The notes beneath the pieces are model-generated. The model ran no database searches, was not told the DNA's origin, and worked only from the letters and a program-made list of their open reading frames with translations. Positions 60,781 through 64,000 of a stretch of 64,000 bases of DNA are shown here, piece after piece (position 1 is the stretch's first letter; each line of letters begins with the position of its first letter). The translations under genes were made by a program, and so were the position numbers. The stretch spans positions 2,015,380-2,079,379 of the forward strand of contig OZ242341.1 in the NCBI GenBank assembly GCA_965208545.1. Direction: 5' to 3'. This DNA is from Candidatus Poriferisocius sp. (GTDB taxonomy: Bacteria > Actinomycetota > Acidimicrobiia > Acidimicrobiales > Bin134).

Positions 60781-63156
60781 ATGGATTCTGACTCCGCGCC
60801 CAACCAGGCCACCGAGGTTGAACCGGCGCGGGGGCTCACCAGCGAGCAAGTGGCCGAACGGGTGGCTGCCGGACGCACCAACCGGGTGCCCGACGCCCCG
60901 GTGCGCACGCTGCCCCAGATTTTGCGGGCCAATGTGTTCTCTCCCGTCAACGGGATCATGCTGGCCCTGTTCGCCGCCATTCTGGTGGCCGGGTTCCCCC
61001 GCGACGGGCTGTTCGTGGGAGTGGTGGTGTCCAACGCAGTCATCGGCGTGGCCCAGGAGATCAGGGCCAAAAGAGAACTAGACAGGCTGGCGGTGCTCAG
61101 TGCGCCCAAGGCCCGAGTAGTGCGCGACGGCGTGGTGTCCGAAGTCGGCGTCAGCGAAGTTGTGGCCGACGAGGTGCTTGAGCTGACCCCCGGCGACCAA
61201 GTGGTGGTGGATGGAGCGGTGCTCACCTCCTCGGGCTTGGAAGCCGACGAGTCGCTGCTCACCGGCGAGGCCGACCCGATTGAGAAAGAATCTGGTGACG
61301 AGCTGCTGTCAGGCAGCTTTGTGGCCGCGGGCAGCGGCCGCTACCAGGCCACCCGCATCGGCGCCGAGTCCTACGCCAGCTCCCTTTCGGAGGAGGCCCG
61401 GCGATTCACCCTGGTCAACAGCGAGCTGCGCCGGGGCATCGACACCGTGCTGCGCTGGCTCATCGTGATCATCCCCCCGGCCTCAGCCCTGCTCATCTTG
61501 GTGCTGCTCGACACCGAGGACCGCTGGCAGAACGCCTTGCAGGGCACGGTGGCTGCCGCAGTGGCCATGGTCCCCGACGGTCTGGTGCTGCTCACCAGTC
61601 TCTCTTTCGTGGCCGGGGTGATCGCCCTGGCCCGCCGGAGAGCGCTGGCCAAGGAACTGGCCACCGTAGAGCTGTTGGCCCGCACCGATGTGCTGTGCTT
61701 GGACAAGACCGGCACCATCACCACCGGCCACATCAGCTTCGGCGAAGTGGAAAGCCTGCCCGGCGTTGATCCCGCGCTGGTGTCCACCGCCCTGGGCGCC
61801 ATGGCCCACGCTGACGAGGCCCCCAACGCCACCATGCTGGCGGTGCGCGACGCTTATCCTGCCCCCGCAGGCGATGACGGCGGCGGTTGGGGCCCGGTGG
61901 GCGCCACCCCGTTCTCCAGCGCCCGCAAGTGGTCGGCCATGGAGTTCCGCAGCCACGGCGCCTTCTACTTCGGGGCTCCCGACGTGATCGCTGGAGACCT
62001 GCCCGACGTGATGAACCGGGTGGCAGGCCACGCTGAAGCGGGCCGGCGCACCCTGTTGCTGGCCCGAAGCCCCGAGCCTCTGGCCGACGAGACGCTGCCT
62101 GAGAGCCGGACCCCGCTGGCCCTGATCCTGCTGGAGGACACCATCCGCCCTGACGCCCCCGAGATCCTGGCCTTCTTCCGAGAGCAGGGGGTGAATCTCA
62201 AGGTGATCTCCGGCGACCACACCGCCACGGTGGCCGCGGTGGCCCAGCGGGCCGGCATCCCCAACGCCCACCACCACATGGATGCCCGGGATCTGCCCGA
62301 AGACACCGAAGAGATGGCTGCTGTGCTGGCTGAGAACGCAGTGTTCGGGCGGGTGACCCCCCAGCAGAAGCGGACCATGGTGGACGCCCTTCAGTCCAGG
62401 GGCCACACCGTGGCCATGACCGGCGACGGTGTGAACGATGTGCTGGCCCTCAAGAACGCCGACATGGGGATAGCCATGGGCAGCGGCTCAGCCTCCACTC
62501 GGGCCGTGGCCCAGTTGGTGTTGCTGGACAACTCATTTGCCACCCTGCCCGAAGTGCTGGCCCAGGGGCGCAAGGTGATCAACAACGTGGAGCGGGTGGC
62601 CAATCTGTTCGTGACCAAGGCGGCCTACGCCGTGCTGCTCACCGTGCTCGTAGGGATTTTCACCGTGGAATACCCGTTCCTGCCTCGTCATCTCACTCTG
62701 GTAGGCACCTTTTCCATCGGCGTGCCCGGCATATTCCTGGCTCTAGCCCCCAGCACCGAGCTGATCCGACCCGGCTTTCTGTCCCGAGTGCTGCGATTCT
62801 CGATTCCCGCCGGGGCACTGGCCGCAGTTGCGTCGTTCTTCGTCTATGAGATCGCCCGACGCCACGAAGAGGTCACCCTGCCCGAGGCCCGCACGGTGGC
62901 CACGTTCACCCTGCTTGGCGTTGGGCTGGTGATATTGGTGGTGATCAGCCGCCCGCTGCGTCCGTGGAAGATCGGCCTGGCCGCGGCCATGGGCGGGTCG
63001 TACCTGATCGTGATGGTATGGCCGTGGGGCCGGAAATTCTTCGAGTTGGACATTCCCCCGGGCTGGATGTGGATTCCCACCATCGCCGCCGTGGTCATCG
63101 CCGGGGCCGGCGTGTTCACCATCCCCCGAGCGTTGAGGAGATACCAGGACCAGTGA
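60781..63156 (+). CDS. cation-translocating P-type ATPase (HAD-IC, CtpE-like size)
   Basis: Contains TGEADP, DKTGTITTG, and MTGDGVNDVLALKNADMGIAMGSGS, with about 10 TM helices. Confidence 0.9.
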   Translation: MDSDSAPNQATEVEPARGLTSEQVAERVAAGRTNRVPDAPVRTLPQILRANVFSPVNGIMLALFAAILVAGFPRDGLFVGVVVSNAVIGVAQEIRAKRELDRLAVLSAPKARVVRDGVVSEVGVSEVVADEVLELTPGDQVVVDGAVLTSSGLEADESLLTGEADPIEKESGDELLSGSFVAAGSGRYQATRIGAESYASSLSEEARRFTLVNSELRRGIDTVLRWLIVIIPPASALLILVLLDTEDRWQNALQGTVAAAVAMVPDGLVLLTSLSFVAGVIALARRRALAKELATVELLARTDVLCLDKTGTITTGHISFGEVESLPGVDPALVSTALGAMAHADEAPNATMLAVRDAYPAPAGDDGGGWGPVGATPFSSARKWSAMEFRSHGAFYFGAPDVIAGDLPDVMNRVAGHAEAGRRTLLLARSPEPLADETLPESRTPLALILLEDTIRPDAPEILAFFREQGVNLKVISGDHTATVAAVAQRAGIPNAHHHMDARDLPEDTEEMAAVLAENAVFGRVTPQQKRTMVDALQSRGHTVAMTGDGVNDVLALKNADMGIAMGSGSASTRAVAQLVLLDNSFATLPEVLAQGRKVINNVERVANLFVTKAAYAVLLTVLVGIFTVEYPFLPRHLTLVGTFSIGVPGIFLALAPSTELIRPGFLSRVLRFSIPAGALAAVASFFVYEIARRHEEVTLPEARTVATFTLLGVGLVILVVISRPLRPWKIGLAAAMGGSYLIVMVWPWGRKFFELDIPPGWMWIPTIAAVVIAGAGVFTIPRALRRYQDQ

Positions 63157-64000
63157 CTGACGACCCAGACGGCCACGATCCCAACAGCTTCCAGGACATC
63201 GCCTATTCGGTTGACGAACGGGTGGCGGTCATCACGTTGAACCGACCCGAGAAGCTCAACGCCTTCAGCACCCTGATGGGCACTGAGCTGTCAGAGGCCC
63301 TGCGCCGCAGCGATGCCGATGAGGACGTGCGGGCGGTGGTGATCACCGGCGCGGGACGGGCCTTTTGCGCCGGGGCCGACTTCTCCGGTGGGCCGGGCGT
63401 TTTCGGCCCGCCCAAGGCCGACGGCTTCCGCTCTGATCCCCTCGAGTTCCACCCCTAGGACGTCCGCAAGCCGGTGATTGCCGCCATCAACGGCCACGCC
63501 GTGGGCCTGGGCATGACCATGGCCCTGCAATGCGACATCCGCTATATCGCCGCTGACGCCCGTTGGGGCATCGTGCAGAATCGCCGGGGCGTGCTTCCCG
63601 ACCTGCGATCCCACTGGACCCTGCCCCGCACAGTGGGCCACGCCAAGGCAATCGAGATCCTCCTCACCGGCAAGATGTACTCCGGCCAGGAGGCCGCGGA
63701 GATGGGTTTGGCCACTGCCGCCCTGCCCGCCGACGAAGTTCTGCCTGCCGCCATGGAAACGGCCCAAGACATTGCCCTGAATGTCGCTCCGGTGTCGGTG
63801 GCGCTCTGCAAGCGCCTGCTGTGGACCACTTCGCCCGGCGACCAAGGGGTCATCAATGAACTGGAACGCCGCATTCACCTCCACGTCATGGGCCAGCCCG
63901 ACGCTACCGAGGGGGTCATGGCCTTTTTGGAGAAGCGCCCCCCGGAATGGTCCCTCACCCTGGCCGACCATTGGCCCGATTGGATGCCCCCGGCCACCCA
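63153..64000 (+). pseudogene. enoyl-CoA hydratase/isomerase gene interrupted by an in-frame TAG (63456-63458); 3' end lies beyond the window
   Basis: GTG 63153 overlaps the ATPase stop (GTGA). The frame reads ...VVITGAGRAFCAGADF...LEFHP-TAG-DVRKPVIAAINGHAVGLGMTMALQCD... and continues in the same frame to the window end. Confidence 0.75.

Overview
This is a high-GC bacterial chromosome segment. Hand counts give about 68% GC in typical coding lines. Gene content and synteny look like Actinomycetota: CDP-alcohol phosphatidyltransferase-gcvH-FHA(GarA-like)-MerR, MurT/GatD, and F420-type LLM enzymes. The lineage call is inference only, because no database search was possible.

The window is almost fully coding, with about 60 genes on both strands.

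Housekeeping blocks:
- hpt(partial)-merR-FHA-gcvH-phosphatidyltransferase
- tRNA-Pro(GGG)
- DUF512-der
- ispH
- a tightly overlapped aroH-tyrA-aroA-cmk-plsC operon
- scpA-scpB-rluB
- trpS
- murT-gatD

Accessory and metabolic blocks:
- A sugar ABC transporter next to an SsuD-like LLM monooxygenase and an aldo/keto reductase, which resembles the sulfo-SMO pathway.
- A 5.2-kb gene for a secreted FN3-repeat giant protein, with a G15 tract in its leader.
- Two clusters of orphan hydrolases and oxidoreductases.
- A fused EtfB-EtfA.
- A P-type ATPase.

No rRNA, CRISPR array, transposase or integrase was seen.

Most notable observations:
1. Two called ORFs are really one UGSC-motif selenoprotein gene (in-frame TGA plus a SECIS-like hairpin).
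2. A promoter-equipped, non-canonical tRNA-like element with Ala-type G3:U70 lies in an AT-rich 320-bp gap.
3. A low-GC (about 53%) two-gene cassette of unknown function looks horizontally acquired.
4. The giant protein has novel Cys-pair repeats and three copies of a ~330-aa super-module.
5. A perfect 42-bp in-frame tandem repeat reiterates the Rossmann-loop start of tyrA.
6. An enoyl-CoA hydratase gene carries an in-frame TAG.

Start codons were chosen by eye from overlaps and motifs. All family names come from motif recognition, not searches.
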